NCBI GenBank assembly: GCA_002633005.1
Contig: NMRA01000048.1
Span: forward strand, 124,001 to 188,000
DNA from: Phoronis australis
Lineage: Eukaryota > Animalia > Phoronida
DNA: 64,000 nucleotides
Direction: 5' to 3'
The notes under the pieces are model-generated. The model saw only the letters and a list, made by a program, of their open reading frames with translations. It had not been told where the DNA came from and did not search any database. The stretch's first letter is position 1. Each line of letters opens with the position of its first letter. This document shows positions 28,601-43,600 of the stretch, one piece after another. Made by a program: the position numbers and the translations under genes.

Positions 28601-31600
28601 CCACGGATATGTATTAGATTTCGAACTGAATGATTTCTCAAAACTGATGGGGGATGTTCAGAAATCGTGGGGTAAGGGAGCAATCCCATGTGATATGCTT
28701 TCTGAATCAGGTTTGTTCAGCAAACTTTGGAACCAAATTCCAGTCATATGTTTGCATTAGCCAGAGTCTGGTAAGCCAAGCGTATTTCGTAACAGTATTT
28801 TCCATCGTGTCAGCGACTGATATCTACAAGACTGACAATCAGATATCGAATGTAATTCAAAACTGCCTTACTTTTGTGCTAGATGTAAAAAACGTATTTC
28901 AAAGAGAATTGCTCAGGAACGGTTAATATTCCACGTTTATTTATTTTGTCGCTGACTCGAATACAGTGTTCAAACAATCCATTGCTGATGGAGAGAGGTC
29001 GCTACAGATATATTCCCCGTGAAATTAGGTTGTGTAAGCTATGTAATTTGATTTGTGTTGAAGACTAAGACCACTTTCTGTTGGTGTTCAGCTGCGTACT
29101 AAGATCTTTCGGGTGCAACACTTAAATGGTCACTTTTGTCATTCTTCCACATTATTTAAATTTGAATTTCTCTTGAGAACTCCTTATACTGTCTAGTTTG
29201 TAGCCCACCTGACAACTTACTATCTTGTATTTGTTATACTTTGAACCGACGGCCGTATATGCGTATTCCAATAAATCTGACTCGTAATCAATGAACGATT
29301 TATTAGCTAAAGTATGTAATTCGTAAAACTTTCAAAACACCCGGTTCATTTTAGAAAGTGGCCATAAACTCTATAGATTTCCGCAAATTTCAGTTGATCT
29401 TTTTGGGAATACTTACGAGGAACAAATGATGTACTGCAGATGCAAATAAAGGCGGCGGTAGTGATGGCAACGGTGGTGGTGACGGTGAAAACGGTGATGG
29501 TGCTGAAAGTGGTACTGACGGTGGCGAGCATGGCGGTAACAGTATTAACTATGAGCTCACCTTCCCTCATGCTGTCTTCGAAGTTTCCGCTGTAAAACGT
29601 CACGACCAGGTCGCCAAAGTGTGCGCATACACCACCAGTGAGCACACGGTCAACATCAGGTTCACACTGAAGTCATATACCGAGTAAGATTGTGGGATGT
29701 AGTAACAGTGGGAACTATGAAAGGGTGGAGTAGGTTCCATTTTCTGTTCCGGGGTCAGTTATCAAGTGGCTTGGGGAACGGTGTTTCAACAAGGTACCAG
29801 TGTACGAAGGACGCCATAACTCCGCCCTTTCAAAGTGTTCCATTTCATGCTTGATCCTAATACAGTGAGCTTTTTAACTTCAAGAGTATGAGACTTCGTT
29901 GTCGCTACCGGAAATAGGCAAAAATAAGCGAAGACTCCCAGACAATCTTTCGTCGATATTGTTATTGTTTCTTGTATATTTCGGATTTGGAAGCCGGTGT
30001 TAGACAATCCTAACGTTATTTTAATCCTGGCTCTTCAACTTAGCTCGTCACTTTGTAACTGCGAATCGTTTTATTGGCCGAGCATGTAAAACAACAATGG
30101 GCAAATTAATTAGATAAACGAAACAAACAAACAAGTTAAAACCAAACTGGGAATATGTGGACCCAGACCCTCAGCAGCAATTTTAACCATTTGGATCGAC
30201 ACACATCCGAAGGTTTATTGGAAGGCTGTTTCATGTGACAGGATCTTTATACTTACTGTATTCCCCAAGGATATTTTCCTGAACTTCGGCACAGTGAGGT
30301 TGTGATTGGCAAGTTGTAGCCACTTGGTGTCTTTTTGAAGTTGAAAGAGAACATACAGTTGCCACGCGATAGATCACGACTGTTGCCACACGATAAATCA
30401 CGAACATTTCCAAAGAGCAACATTATAAGCCTATCAACTTCAAATGTTGAGAAATCTGCTTTTCTGACACAAGAGGAGGGGGCAACATACACTGTAGTGC
30501 CGACGTAACACTGGGCCGAGTGAATATAGGCGGGTGCTTCACTTCAGCCTCCCATAGCAAACACAAAACTCTATAAATTTATATAAAAACAGGGGTTCAA
30601 CAAACCATGAGGAATTGTTCTTTCTGCCAATACCATTTACAGTGTCCTGCTCTACCGAGTTCGCAACAAATTTGCGGTCAAAGCACAAAAATCTCAAAAA
30701 ATAGCTGCACACTAGCGATATGCTTCACGCGGTCAATGTCAAGTAGGGTACGGAATAATCCGATGAGTTACGAATCGACGGTAATTGCCGGTTCACCACG
30801 GAAGTTTACGAAAAGGTCCGACTAATTGGAGTTAGTGACCGTGACAAACCGGCAATTTCCGTGTAGCATATTGCTGGTGTGCAGAGATTTTTTGGGAAGA
30901 TTTTTGTGCTTTGACCGCGAATTTGTTGCGAACTCGGTGGAGCTGGTCACTGTAAATGGTATTGAGAGAAAGAACAATTCCTCATGGTTTGTTGAATCTC
31001 CGTTATTTTTGAAAATTTTTTATTGAGTTTGCTATGGACGGCTGAAGTGTAGCACCCGTGGAATTTCTAATTCTGAGTGTCATACATTGTAGTATATTAT
31101 ATAGTTTATTGGGGACCATCAGAAGCTGAGGACGCCTGTGTATCGGGACGGGCAAACAGCGGGACGACCCTGTCTTAACAATAGCGAGTGAGGTCATTTC
31201 AGTTTAACCGCGTATTGAGGCTCATTCTCCTCTATTGAGACTCCGAATGTATCCGGAATTGGCCGTATGCGTCTATAACCATTTGATTAAAACCATCATG
31301 CTGGAAAGTAGTTTTCAGTTCTCCGTGATTGGGCTTTTCCAGCCTTTCGGCGAGTCAAGCTCAAAGACTGCCACACCAGTAAACACTGAAAAACCTACAA
31401 AATAAATGAAATGTAAATAGTTAAAGGACCATTCAGCTCACTGTAATCAGCCAGCCTGCGAAGCATCGACATTTATGTGGATACATTCCTGCATAAAATC
31501 TCAACAATAAAGACAGGTGTTTACCCAGGGTTACACCTAGTAACTATACTCAGTTTTCAAAGTTTTATCCACCCACAGTTACAGCTATTTTTTCTTCAAC

Positions 31601-34600
31601 ACATTTAATTCATCCGGAGGAACATGCACGGGGAATGATCATGGCCACTGCATCTTCAAACACCGGTTGAAAGTGAGGTCAAGGTCACAACGAGAAATGT
31701 AGAAGGTATATCAGACCATGTACTGTGTGAAACTTCATTTGTAAAGCTGAATTTTATAATTTAAACAAATTTGGAATTGCTATTGGAGGAATGAAAGCTC
31801 ATGTCCAGATATGCTGGAAATAAAGTGTTGCAAATGTCGTTCGTCTGGCTTCTACTTCACAAAAAATCGCCATAAAAAGCGTGGATACCGAGGCACAGGG
31901 GGCAGACGTGGTCACCATGTAGCAAAGTTGTTTCCTTTGAAACTTAACTCTAAATGTCTGTTATCTTTGGATTCCAGCTTGTTCACGCTTCGCTCATTTA
32001 ACTCAAGTTGTGCTGAGGTAGAACTCTCGGCAGAACCATCCAAGCTAACAAGTATGATATACAATCTCAAAGTTCAGGCGTCGGTTGGTGGAAAAAACCC
32101 ACAGACAAAAGATACCTTCGTCGTCGTACAGTTTACAAATGGTAATTTTTCCAACATTCTCCCATACGAAAGATACTATGTAGCGTCTGATTTGGCGAAT
32201 AGTGGTTGCCAATTGCAACCCCGGACTTCCGTTGGCGACGTCATTCCGACTGCCCTCACTCGTCAAAAATAATTTCAGAATGCAGTTGTTCGACTCGAGC
32301 GTGACCTTAGACTACAAGATTTTCTGCAACATTGAACGTATTGATAAAGTTCAACAAGTGCCGTGCACGCTTTGGCAACGAAATATATGTGTTACAATTT
32401 ACTTTGGCGAGATACTTTGGTGTAAACAAATGATCCGCTCAGAATCGGGAAAATCTCATTTAGTATTATCACTAGCGAATCATAGTTTTACTTATTATTC
32501 AAAAAACAAAAACTGAATGAGCTACCCTTATGTGGAATGTGGCAATAAGTAGATGGTTTACTCTTTGAGCAAAAGTCAGGAGGTTGAAAAGAACGACCAG
32601 CCTATTTAAAGCACATGTATGGAAGCTTACTTCGTTCATTAACTTTCTACGTCGTCGCCAAGGTGCATGCGCGAAATGACTTCATTTCACACTACATGAA
32701 GCAACATGGGCGGTGCATCATAGGGGTTTAGGGGGGCTATAGCCCCCACCTTTTTCAGTGCTGCGCCACCCATTGTCTATGGGCGGTGTACCACAGGGGG
32801 TCTAGGAGGCTATAGCCCCCACTTTTTCAGGGTTGCGCCGCCCATGAGCAACGCACACTAAACGTTAATTCTAGGATTGTAAAATTTCTTTACTTGATCC
32901 TTGGGGTTCATTCGATGAGACCGTAACCCAACATCGCTCCTATCTCTTACGTTCGCTGTTATGATATACGTCCCTTGAAGGTCAGATTATCGTCTGATTT
33001 TTAATTAGAATGCGTAAATATGGTTATTTTTGTGATAGTATTCTTTATTCAAAATTGGTACTGTAATTAGAACAAACGTCATATAGGGATCTGAACAGAA
33101 AACTAGTTGTCAGACGATTGACTGTGGGTTTGTTTAAAAGGTAGCTATGCTTTGAGATTGTGCGTAGACGGAGAGTGAATAATCAAATCCAGTAATTAAT
33201 TTATTATATGCTAACCTCTAATTAGACAACTGAAACCTGTTGTTAATTAAGTAATCAACTACAAAGAAAAGTAGCTACACTAGCGCCCTCTTTAAAGATT
33301 ACTTTAATCAATCAACCAAATTATCAAATGTCTTATCTGCTATCCAAGCTAGGACTCTCGTCTCCACTTGTTGGATGTCTGTCCTGTTGGTGAATCTTCG
33401 AACTACACACACTGTATAGCGACAGTGTACTTGCTGGTCACCGTCTCTGGTGATGCAACACTTGCAGGCAATTTCTTCTACCCGCGATTCTTCTTGCTGG
33501 TCACAGTCTCTGGCTGGTGACGCAACACATCAGGTAGTATCTTACTACCCACAATGCAAGTGACAAGCTCTCAGTTAACTTCCTGTTCGTTAACCCTTGG
33601 AGGCACAGAACAGTTCTCACTGGGTTTTGCCTAGCAAAACACACATCACTTGATTTGTAACCTTTTCTTCACTCTGTCAAAAACAGGATGCAAAGAATGG
33701 CATGTTTTCAATTATTTTACATAAAAAGCCCAGCAGATGAGCACAGAAACTTTATTCTTTCTTGTATTTTTGACCATTTCATTCCCACTGAAAACCAAGC
33801 TAGACTAAGAAAAAAAAGAGCAAAAAAATGCAAAATCGGCACTTTTCACCCGAAAAACACCACTTCCCTGCCGATGCACGACTAAAACCAACATTAGAGT
33901 CTGAAAGCAAATTTCCTACCGATTCCGAAAATGTGGTCCAAAAGTACTGTCAACCAACTAGTTTTTTGGCAATTCTTGCTTGTTTGAGGGCTACCTAAAA
34001 TCACAGCCAATTTCTCGGTCGCTACTCAACAATGCACAATTGCAGCCGGGGGCCGCCATCTTGAAGAAGAGTGCAGCTACAGCCAAGAAAGTGGCCTTTT
34101 TTTATTCACAGCATGTTCACAAATACAAACAAATCACATTCACTGAGCCTACGTGCAATGCCCACCTACAAAATGCCCCCAAACTTGGCCTACCCCAAAA
34201 TTTCTATATTTTGGGAGTGCAAATTGGCCGCGGCCGCAGCCTAACTATTCAGTGCCACCCTTGCCCTTGCCAAGATCCTTTCTAGAATCTTCCACGAGAT
34301 GGCTCTGTCGTACAATTTCCTCTGTACACTGTAGCAAGTCTTTATGCTTCAACTACTATAGCGCATCTGATTATCTTGTTGATTTCAGCTTATAATATAA
34401 CATTCTACTTATTTAGTGATTGGCTAATAAAAACCACATGATCATGTCCACTAATATTATTGACTGTTACAATTTGTTCTCAGAATTTTCTAAAATCTCT
34501 AGAGTACTTTGACCCCAGAACCCAAAGTTGTAAACACCATCTAAAAATAGATTTTGACGTTAAAGAACATGTCAACAAGACTGACCCCATGATTTAAAAG

Positions 34601-37600
34601 TACATATGCACAAATTTTGGGCAACTTAAAATGGATCTATTCTTACTAATTACTTAATCAATATTTATTCTGACACTAGTGGTTGGTTACACATGGGCGG
34701 CGCAGCAATGAAAATAGTGGGGGGCTACATGTATAGCCCCCCAGCCCCCTGTGGTACACCGCCCATAGACCATGGGCGCCGGAGCATTGACAAAAGTGAG
34801 AGCTATAGCCCCCCTCCCAGCCCCCTATGTTGCGCCGCCCATGTTGTAACATTTAGTCGAAGTTTTCACGAGTAAAAAGTCAAAACTTGACAGTCTTCCC
34901 CATGGCCTTGGGTTGTTAAATGAAATGTGACTCAGACTTCAGACAGAAATTTTGTCTTATGCCCGCACTTCATAGTTGTCAAATGCAGGCTTGGTCGTGT
35001 AATTATAAGCACATACCTGTTTGGAAATAACTTGTATAAATTTTCTCAGTGAGTAAATATCTTTCTTAAGTCTTAAGCCAGCCCAGGCGTACAATGTCTT
35101 TGACGAATTTGTTCTTATGAAGGCGTTGGAGGTGGTGACAAGAGTGATGGTGAACTCGTCTTCCCGAGTAAAATCTTCAAAATGCAATCTGCTACACTAA
35201 ATGCCATGGTAGGCATTGTGTCTGCGCACATCAGCGGGGAGCAGCGGGGGAAAACCGACATCACGTTCTCTCTGAAGTCACATAAAGAGTAAGTAACTTC
35301 AACGAAGGAAAGATATGGGAGACTTTGATAGGAAAGTCCTCCGTCGTCAGTGAGTTAGGACTAGTTCGCCTCGTCTCAAAATGGGACGCGTAAACCAAGA
35401 ACACATTAAGTTTTTAAGTGCTTTGCACAGCCATCAGCTCTCAAGATCCGCACGCCAGTCATAACAAGAAACCGAAAAAATCTTTGCACGGGCGTCATAC
35501 GGGTATCAGTTGGTATCGAGCAATCCAAAAATGACAAGGGCATTGCTGAGTGGCAAGAGAAGAAATAAAAAAAAGAATCTTTTTCCTAGGAATTAATTGT
35601 GAGGTGAACTTTTAAATGAAATAGAAAAGACCCCTTTCGACACTGACCGCATGGCAGTCGGGCTCTCATTTTCAAAGTCTGTGTTATTGCCTCAGTTCTC
35701 CCTCCTGGTCTCGACACCGTACTGTCTTCGATATAGCGTAATCTCATATAACAAAACAATATCATACAAACTTCACTTTCCCCACCCTGTTGGGAATTCA
35801 CAAAGCCAGGCGATGTGTGAAATGCTGTTTCAAGAATAATCTTGGTGTTGAAACTGTAAATGGGTATTTCTTACAACATTTTGGACACGATTGGGATTAC
35901 TCGTTTTAGTGAAAATGCTGTCATTCCGCATGTTCAGGCAAGTCGCACTGCATTGACTCGACGGGACTTTGCCGACTGGCGGTTTTCCAATCCAGCTTGT
36001 AAACGTATTTCACTTTGATATAATGTTTAGGGACATTAGACTGAAAAAATATCAACGAGATTAGTTCCTCAACAGTTTGCAGTGATGACAGTCGTGAATT
36101 TTGGTCAGTTTTACCATTAAACGCAAAAAATCTGACCGATTTCTTTAGATTAAAAGAGATTTGCGATTTAGGCAGCTAAACAGGGCGAAAGGCACTTTGA
36201 AAACACGGTGTCAATCAATCAGCATATGTGTTATTAGGTCTATTCAAAGATTTCAAGATGCGGTAACAGGACACCGACAAAATCGAGGGGCTTTTTCGGT
36301 TATTCCGGTAATTAGTTTTTGTAGTATGTTGTTTATGCACCACCCCGGCCGTTGTTAAGGCTAAGGTATTTTGAAGTCCTCCAAACACGTAGCACACATT
36401 AAATCTTAACTCGCAATGTCTATTATCCATTACTTTTCAGCCTTTTCACGCTCCGTCCACTAAACTCAAGCTCTGCAGAAATACGACTTACGCGGGAGAA
36501 GTCCAAGTTAACAAGTGACATCTACTATCTCAAAATTGAGGCTTCGGTTGAAGGGAAAACTCCGATCGCGAAGCTTTTCATCGTAAAATTTACAAAAGGT
36601 AATGTTACATTTATGTCTGTATAAGAACACGTGCGCACGTGTATGCGTGTGCTTTTACGCCCGTATTCCGTTTTGCATGTCAGCACGTGCGTGTATTTTT
36701 TCGTTCATTGCCATTATGAGCAGTTTTCTCGGAATAATTTTGGTTGAGCACAATTTTTGTCAGATAGAGGGTAGGGCAAATGAACAAAAAATTCTCTAAC
36801 AATCCAAATCATGAATCTCTTATGAAAAGTGTATAAAGCCTTCTTATGTTTCCCTTAGTCATCTTGGTGCATGCGTGCACCTGCGGGGGGCGAAGTGGGC
36901 AAAAAAGGTCCTCCTCGGAGAAATAAAAATACCGAAAAAGTAGAAAACGAGACAAAAGACACTAAAAACGCAAGAACAACCATAATCGGCGAATGCACAA
37001 TTCATAACTCTGAACGTATCACGTGAATCTTAGTAAAAGGTTCGCATTCTCAAAAATTCGAGCCCCCCATTTTTAGGCTGGGAGCGCGTATGCTAGGTGC
37101 ACACTAAATTGATTCATCTCCGCAAATATGACAAGCTCCTGAATATCAATCTATGTTTTCCTTCAAAATGGCGAAGGGAACTTCCTTAGCTAGCACACAT
37201 TCAAGAACGGATGACCACGATGAAGCAGTAGCAGTGCTCGAAGAAAACAAACTCCTTTCTGACCAATCCAACGACTATTCAAATGTCAATTCAGGGGCAG
37301 ATCCAGGATTCTTTAAATGGGGGGTTGGATCAAGGATTTTTTAAAAGGGGGTCCAAGGCAACAATTTGAAAATTCTAGATTTGGTATCACTAAAATCAAG
37401 AGTAAAAAGGGGACCCGGGCGCCGTTGACGCCCCTTCCCCCCTGGATCTGCCTGTGCAACTTCACCACCAACGAAGTGGGCTTCTGAGGACGCCACATTG
37501 CACACCCTGTTATCATTGTGGGGCCGATGACCTTTCCTGCAACAAACCACAAACTTAAAGTACACTAGTTACCACAGCGGAGCTATGCGAAAACGTTGAT

Positions 37601-40600
37601 ATCTACACCCCAGCTGAAGTCTTATTGCATCCCATAATGCATTGCAATGAAGCTCGCTGAAAGCTATGCGCTGAGATGCTGTTCGGTAAGTGTGCAGTTC
37701 TCTTGCCCGGAGACCCCATGATAGTTGCCTACGCGAGCATTCGCATTGACGTTCACACCTGAAATTCTTGGTGTCGTGTCGTTAACATTTTCAGCGCCAT
37801 TGTCACCACGTGGGAACCTTTCGAAGGAACATACTATGAGAGATGGCGCAGTGAGAGAACATTACTACGAATGACAAGTCTTTCTTGCTACCATCCTTTG
37901 GAAGTTAACTACTTTACGTGCAGGATTTAGTGCGCAGATATGAGCTAGAAATGCGTGCTCCCCCGAATTACACATCAAATGTGCCTTTTGCCCTAAGGAG
38001 GCTACATTCGAATGCCATACTACATGTATGTCATTAGCCTCAATTCATCCATGTTGATCACATGTGATTGGCCAGAATATCCGCATATTGCGCGTCAATG
38101 TTATGTCGTAAAGATATACATGTACGACTGATAGAACGTTCGTTTTAAGAGACTAGTCTAACTATTGGTCTGCCTTCTGATAAAAATTCCACATATGAAC
38201 GCCGTATTTTGCTCCGCTCTGGGTGACAGGATTCATACCACCGCTTTGTTTGCTAATCAGTCACCGTTCGGTTCATGTCATTTCCAGGAAAGCCAGAGCC
38301 TAAGAATAAAGATGAAATTGAATTTACTAAAACTACGTTTCACGTGAGTTCTATTGAAATGAATGCTGTTGTTGCCAAGCTGTCAGCCACCGTCAATGGA
38401 AAACCTTCGAATGCTGTTACGTACTCCTTAAAGTCACATACGAAGTAAGAAATTTGGAATCGAGTTTTCTCAGTTGGCAAGATTCGATCATTCTGCCTTG
38501 TTTCCTCTGTAGTGGTAGAGTCGGCGACTCGAAACTTGAGGCCCGGGTTCGAATCCGGCCTCGGTTTCCCGCCAAAATGTTATCTCACTAGTGAGGTAAC
38601 TTTATGGGTTATTACACGGTTGTATCTGCCATTCGAGGCTAATATTGTGGTATAAATAATGTTATTTCATGCTTCAATTTCTAACCCGGTTAGAAATTGA
38701 AGCATGATGAGCAACTACATTTTGTAAAAGAATCTTTATCATGAAACACGATTTCTAGATATCTAAGCGTAACACGTGTTCTGAATATGTCTTTTATTAC
38801 ATAAGGTTTACGATTGAGCATGTACGTATAAGAATACTGTCGACATGATGTAATACGTGAGAAAAGAGCCCTGTTTATGGACAAAGACTTGATTTGTCCA
38901 ATGCTGTCAACGAGAAAACAACTGAGTTAGTAAGAAGTGAAGTGTGGTTGATTAGAAATTACGAACTAACATCTCTCTTCGAGAAAAAAGGCTCCTAGTT
39001 CCAAATGGCAGTGCTAAACTTTTGCGATCTTATTTCATAGCAAGTCTGCCATTCACTTCATGTGATTTTGTAGATGCGCAAACGTCTGCAAGCTACTTTT
39101 ACATGTAGATGACACGCATGTGTGTCCTTCATTAGATTACTGACGTCGAATTCTGCAGAATGGTGAACCCTTTTCGAGTTTTGCTACAGCGATTACAAGT
39201 TACATGAGACTATGATTATTAACACGTTCATGTAAGAGCATATTCGCAAAATTACTTTCGCACGTAAACCTTGTGCATTAAAGAACCACGTGGTTTCTCA
39301 CTTTTCTCTTTGCACGTGTAGGTTATTTTCAGTTGACGCAAAGTCAGGTGAAATTCGTCTACAGGTCCCAAAAGTTCAACTTTCCGAAAGAACTTATATC
39401 GTGACTGCTCATGCCAGAACTAGTGGCGAATCGGCTAATACAGCGCAAGCAGATATCAAGATCATTTTAGGTGAGTTTTACACTTTAAGACCAAACACTT
39501 TTAGTGTGAACTTAACCGTAAATTCCCAGTTTCTTTCAAGATTGGCATTGCCATATCAGCGGTCAATATTAGTATAAGCTATTCCAAAAATCTAAATATA
39601 CTCCCCTGGTTTACCAAAATTCGAACATAATCTATACGTGAGATATTCTTGACATTCTTCCTGACAACGAAAGAACTCAGGCTTAAGAAAAACGTAGTCA
39701 AACTGAAAGACACAAAATGGTTGACTTAAGCAGTGGTTTACTGTTTCAACAATAGGGCTTGATTTTCAAATGTCAAAAGTGCGTTTCTTACCAACTACGA
39801 CCAAAACATGGAAATCATAGTATTAACTCTCACAAACTTGTCTGAAACAGTTTCCCTTGTCATGATACCGAAACGGAAATGAAAAGTCACGTGACATTGA
39901 CCTGACACAGCCTAAATGATGACAGGTTGGTCAATCCTGTCAAAGCTGGTGACTTTTTGACAACCTTTTTGATTTACTGACGATATGACCGCTGTGTTAG
40001 GGGATAGAGATCGGTCCAACATCATCGTTTGTGCTTTTGAGGGATCATCTTCATTGTAAGCAGTGATTAAAAAAGGGTCCTATACAAGACCACTTCTACA
40101 CAAGTTTAGAAAGTCTCTAAGCAGGCGACAGACTGTGATCTGCTGAATCCTTGCGTTGGAATTGGAACAGTTAGTGCAACTGTGTATGAATGGCAATTCA
40201 GTAGTGGTACTAACGCCTAATAAAACAAGGCTGAACAAACAAAAAATTATTTTACTTCAACTGTCGGGAGTTTTAGGTGTTCCGAGCATACCGATTCACT
40301 CAACCAACACAAAAAACGCTGAGGCAATGTTATATTGACATCAAAGCAAACGTTGGGTTATGAAGCAAGATTAAACGTTTATTGAAACTGAGGAATTTTT
40401 ATCCCTTTAATGGTATTCAAATATGGATCTATCCCGAACGTGATATCAAGTTGCACTGCCAACGACCCCCTTGAGTGGCCTACTACACAATCTTTGTCAA
40501 CTATTGAGGTGGTTAAGATCTATGGAGGAATGATGATGCGTGACTTTCGTGAACAATCTTGTCAAACGTGTCAAGTTTTGCAAACTGTAATATTGATAAG

Positions 40601-43600
40601 ATCTATTCTGTATATGAGCGTTGCATCACAATAACTACTTAGCGGTGGGAATACATTCCCAAATTCATTACTAGAATAAAAATCAGTTAAAAGCAGCGAA
40701 AAAATCCACCGACATTAAGTACATTGAGTTTAGCGTGACCTCCCGTTGCTATTCAAGTAGGTCAAACCTGTTTTGGTATTCCTCCGCAGATGTGATAAGC
40801 ATGATTTGTGGTGTTTATCTAACCGAAACAAAACGAAAGAAATGAGAAAATAACAATGAGCACTCTGTTTAATTGTCATGTCATATATTTTAAAAATACG
40901 AGATTTCAATCGTCGAGAACTTGTTTATGACGCAACGAATGCATGATTTGACTAACCCACGCGTGACCTACATGTAGGTCTTTTTTCGTGTTGGATTATA
41001 TATGAAAATTGCAAAGAGATACGTCAACCTCAGATTTCAGATTTTGCTCCCTGAGCATCCCTGATTACTAATTTAGAACGGTGGAGACCCTGAGGGCACT
41101 ATCGTACTCTCTCGTCCATATTATCCGAGGGATCAATCTAAACTTGTTTTATTACACAGCCACTGACGATGGCATTTCGTTTCTTATTAGCTGAGTTAGT
41201 TTGTTCCTCTAATTTGCTGTACTATCAGCAAACGCGCCCCAGTCTCTCAGTAACTTTTTACACTTGCGACACCTGACGAGTTGCCGATGTATGGCAACAT
41301 AGACAAATGCACATACACCGCCAACTCTGTACATTCTCAATGGACAAAATCTATGTTCGTACGCTAGCTCAAGGTGCGCGACCAACGCTGCTGGCCGAGA
41401 AGTCACTATTCACTGGCGGTGCCTGGTGTCAGTCACGGTTTTACTTTTGGCAAGTCAAGGCGTCTGCTCACAAGGCGGAGAGTGGCGCCTCTTTTGGGAA
41501 TACAATGTGAAAACCTTCTTTTAATTAGTTTGAAAACAACTCATATAACAGGTCTGATCAATTATACGCAAAACAACCACTATTATTAACACTGAAAAAA
41601 GCAGACAGTGTATGGTGCAACATCAGACCACTGCATTTAAACCTTCGTGGTTTGAATAAAAAACAACGCCGTGCACGACTGTCATTATGTCGCCTGTCGA
41701 ATATATGTTGCGACCCTTCTCGAGTTTTAGTAATTCAAGTGGGTCAGGGCTTTGAGAGTTATTGTTTGCACTCCGACTCCAAAACTGTGGCCATTTGTTA
41801 TCAATATTTTCTGATATTGATTCCAAAAATGCATGAAACATTCTGATTTATTTTTCTTGCCTCTGCATGAATCATTGTTTTCGTTGGCCTTCCTTTTCGG
41901 TGGGCAAAATCAAGAGCAAATATTTTCCCGTTTTTTGTTGATTCCGAAAATGCATCAAATTTTCTGGTGGTCTCTTCTCAAATTGTAAAAACGTCATCTC
42001 TTGCTGCATTATTTACGGCCAGAGTCGAACATTGCATATCAAAAAAGTAGTCCGGCCTTCAATCTTAGGGTTAAATCCCTTGCTCCATGTCGGTAGGGTT
42101 ATGTTTACAATCAAGCTCGGCTACTACCTTCGTTGGAGTTAAGGTAAATATTTAGGGTCTGTTTTATACAGCATAGGATTGTGTTCAATAATCATAGAGG
42201 TCACTCCGATAGAAAATGGCCGTTCTTGATTTAGCACCCTGGAAGTGAAGACCAGCGCAAAACAGTGATTCATGCAAAGTATCAGACACACTGTTCCATT
42301 CCATGTTGGAACCAACATGAAGAAGGGATTCAGAAAGATCAATATCAAGTGGCTCTGATTTTGGAGCCGGTTTGTAAACAACCCTTTTGGAGACTCATCT
42401 CACTTTTTAATGAAATACAAAATATAAACAGCAGTCAGCAGTGATGCGGACTAAACTGTTCGGATATGACGTCGGTCAGTTGAAAGTCTTATAGATAAAA
42501 CGACAAAATTTATACATATCAACTGTTTGAATTAATTATTTGATTGTCTAAATTACACACGTAATCCAACCATAGCCGACGAGATAAATTTTGAACGGCA
42601 TCAATTAATTATGGATATTTAATTTACAGGTATAAATTTAACAGGTAAATAATTGATGCCGTTACACATCAATTTACTTTACGTGCCCAACCCGTCCGAC
42701 GGTATTTTAAAAACTAACCAGAAGATGAAGCTGAACTGAGTTGAGCTGTCCCAAACATCTAATACGTACTTAAGGTTTGAATTCATTATGTCCTTACTGA
42801 ATTTCTTCTACTTCATTATTGACATGAGTAACTTTTCAGCGCATCATTTGTCGTCTCAAATATGCGAGTTGTTTGAGACTTGACACTGACAGGTTTGTTT
42901 TCCTTTCAAGGAGTAAAAAGCCGCGGCCAAGTCTGGGAAGAACGAGTTTGTGATCTATTTTTAAAACAAAATTCGTCACATGTCATACCTCGTCAGCGTG
43001 CTAAATGTCTCGAAATTAAGAAGTTACTGAGAGTCTGGGGCGCGTTGGAGCGATGACATCGTGGTCGTTGTTTCTGGTTTCTACATCTCATTGGTCAGAT
43101 CGCGAATAGCGACATGTGACTTCTGGTCTTCATGAAAACTTTGAAGTTAACTTTCCGCCACATTTTTTAAAAAACTTCATTTTCACGTTTCACGAATACG
43201 CAACTAAATCATAGAGTTGTGATGAAAATATGTGTTTGGGGGATTGGGAATAATAAAATCTACTTTGTTACTTTCGCGGCGGTGAAATGTTTAAACGCAT
43301 ACTTTGTATAGTTTTCTTGAGAGCTTAAGTAAATGTTTCGATTAAGGTCGCGATCGTTTGTGCGATGTTGTCATGGTAAAAAGAACAAGAAAACTATCCA
43401 ACATAAAGTTACAAAGATAACAATGAGTTACATGTGACAGAATGAGAACATTGCCTGGATACTAAACGTTATTGCTGTGATAACGTTATGCATGTATTTA
43501 ATCGCCCGATTCCCGTTTTCTTATTTATTCTCTTGAAACCACAAAATCAGACAGGGTTATTTCTTTGGACATTCAATATTGCTCCGCGTGTGTCAATGTT

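Noticed and set aside
38505-38570. tRNA gene
   Set aside because: B box present but no complete acceptor stem; better explained as a SINE head.
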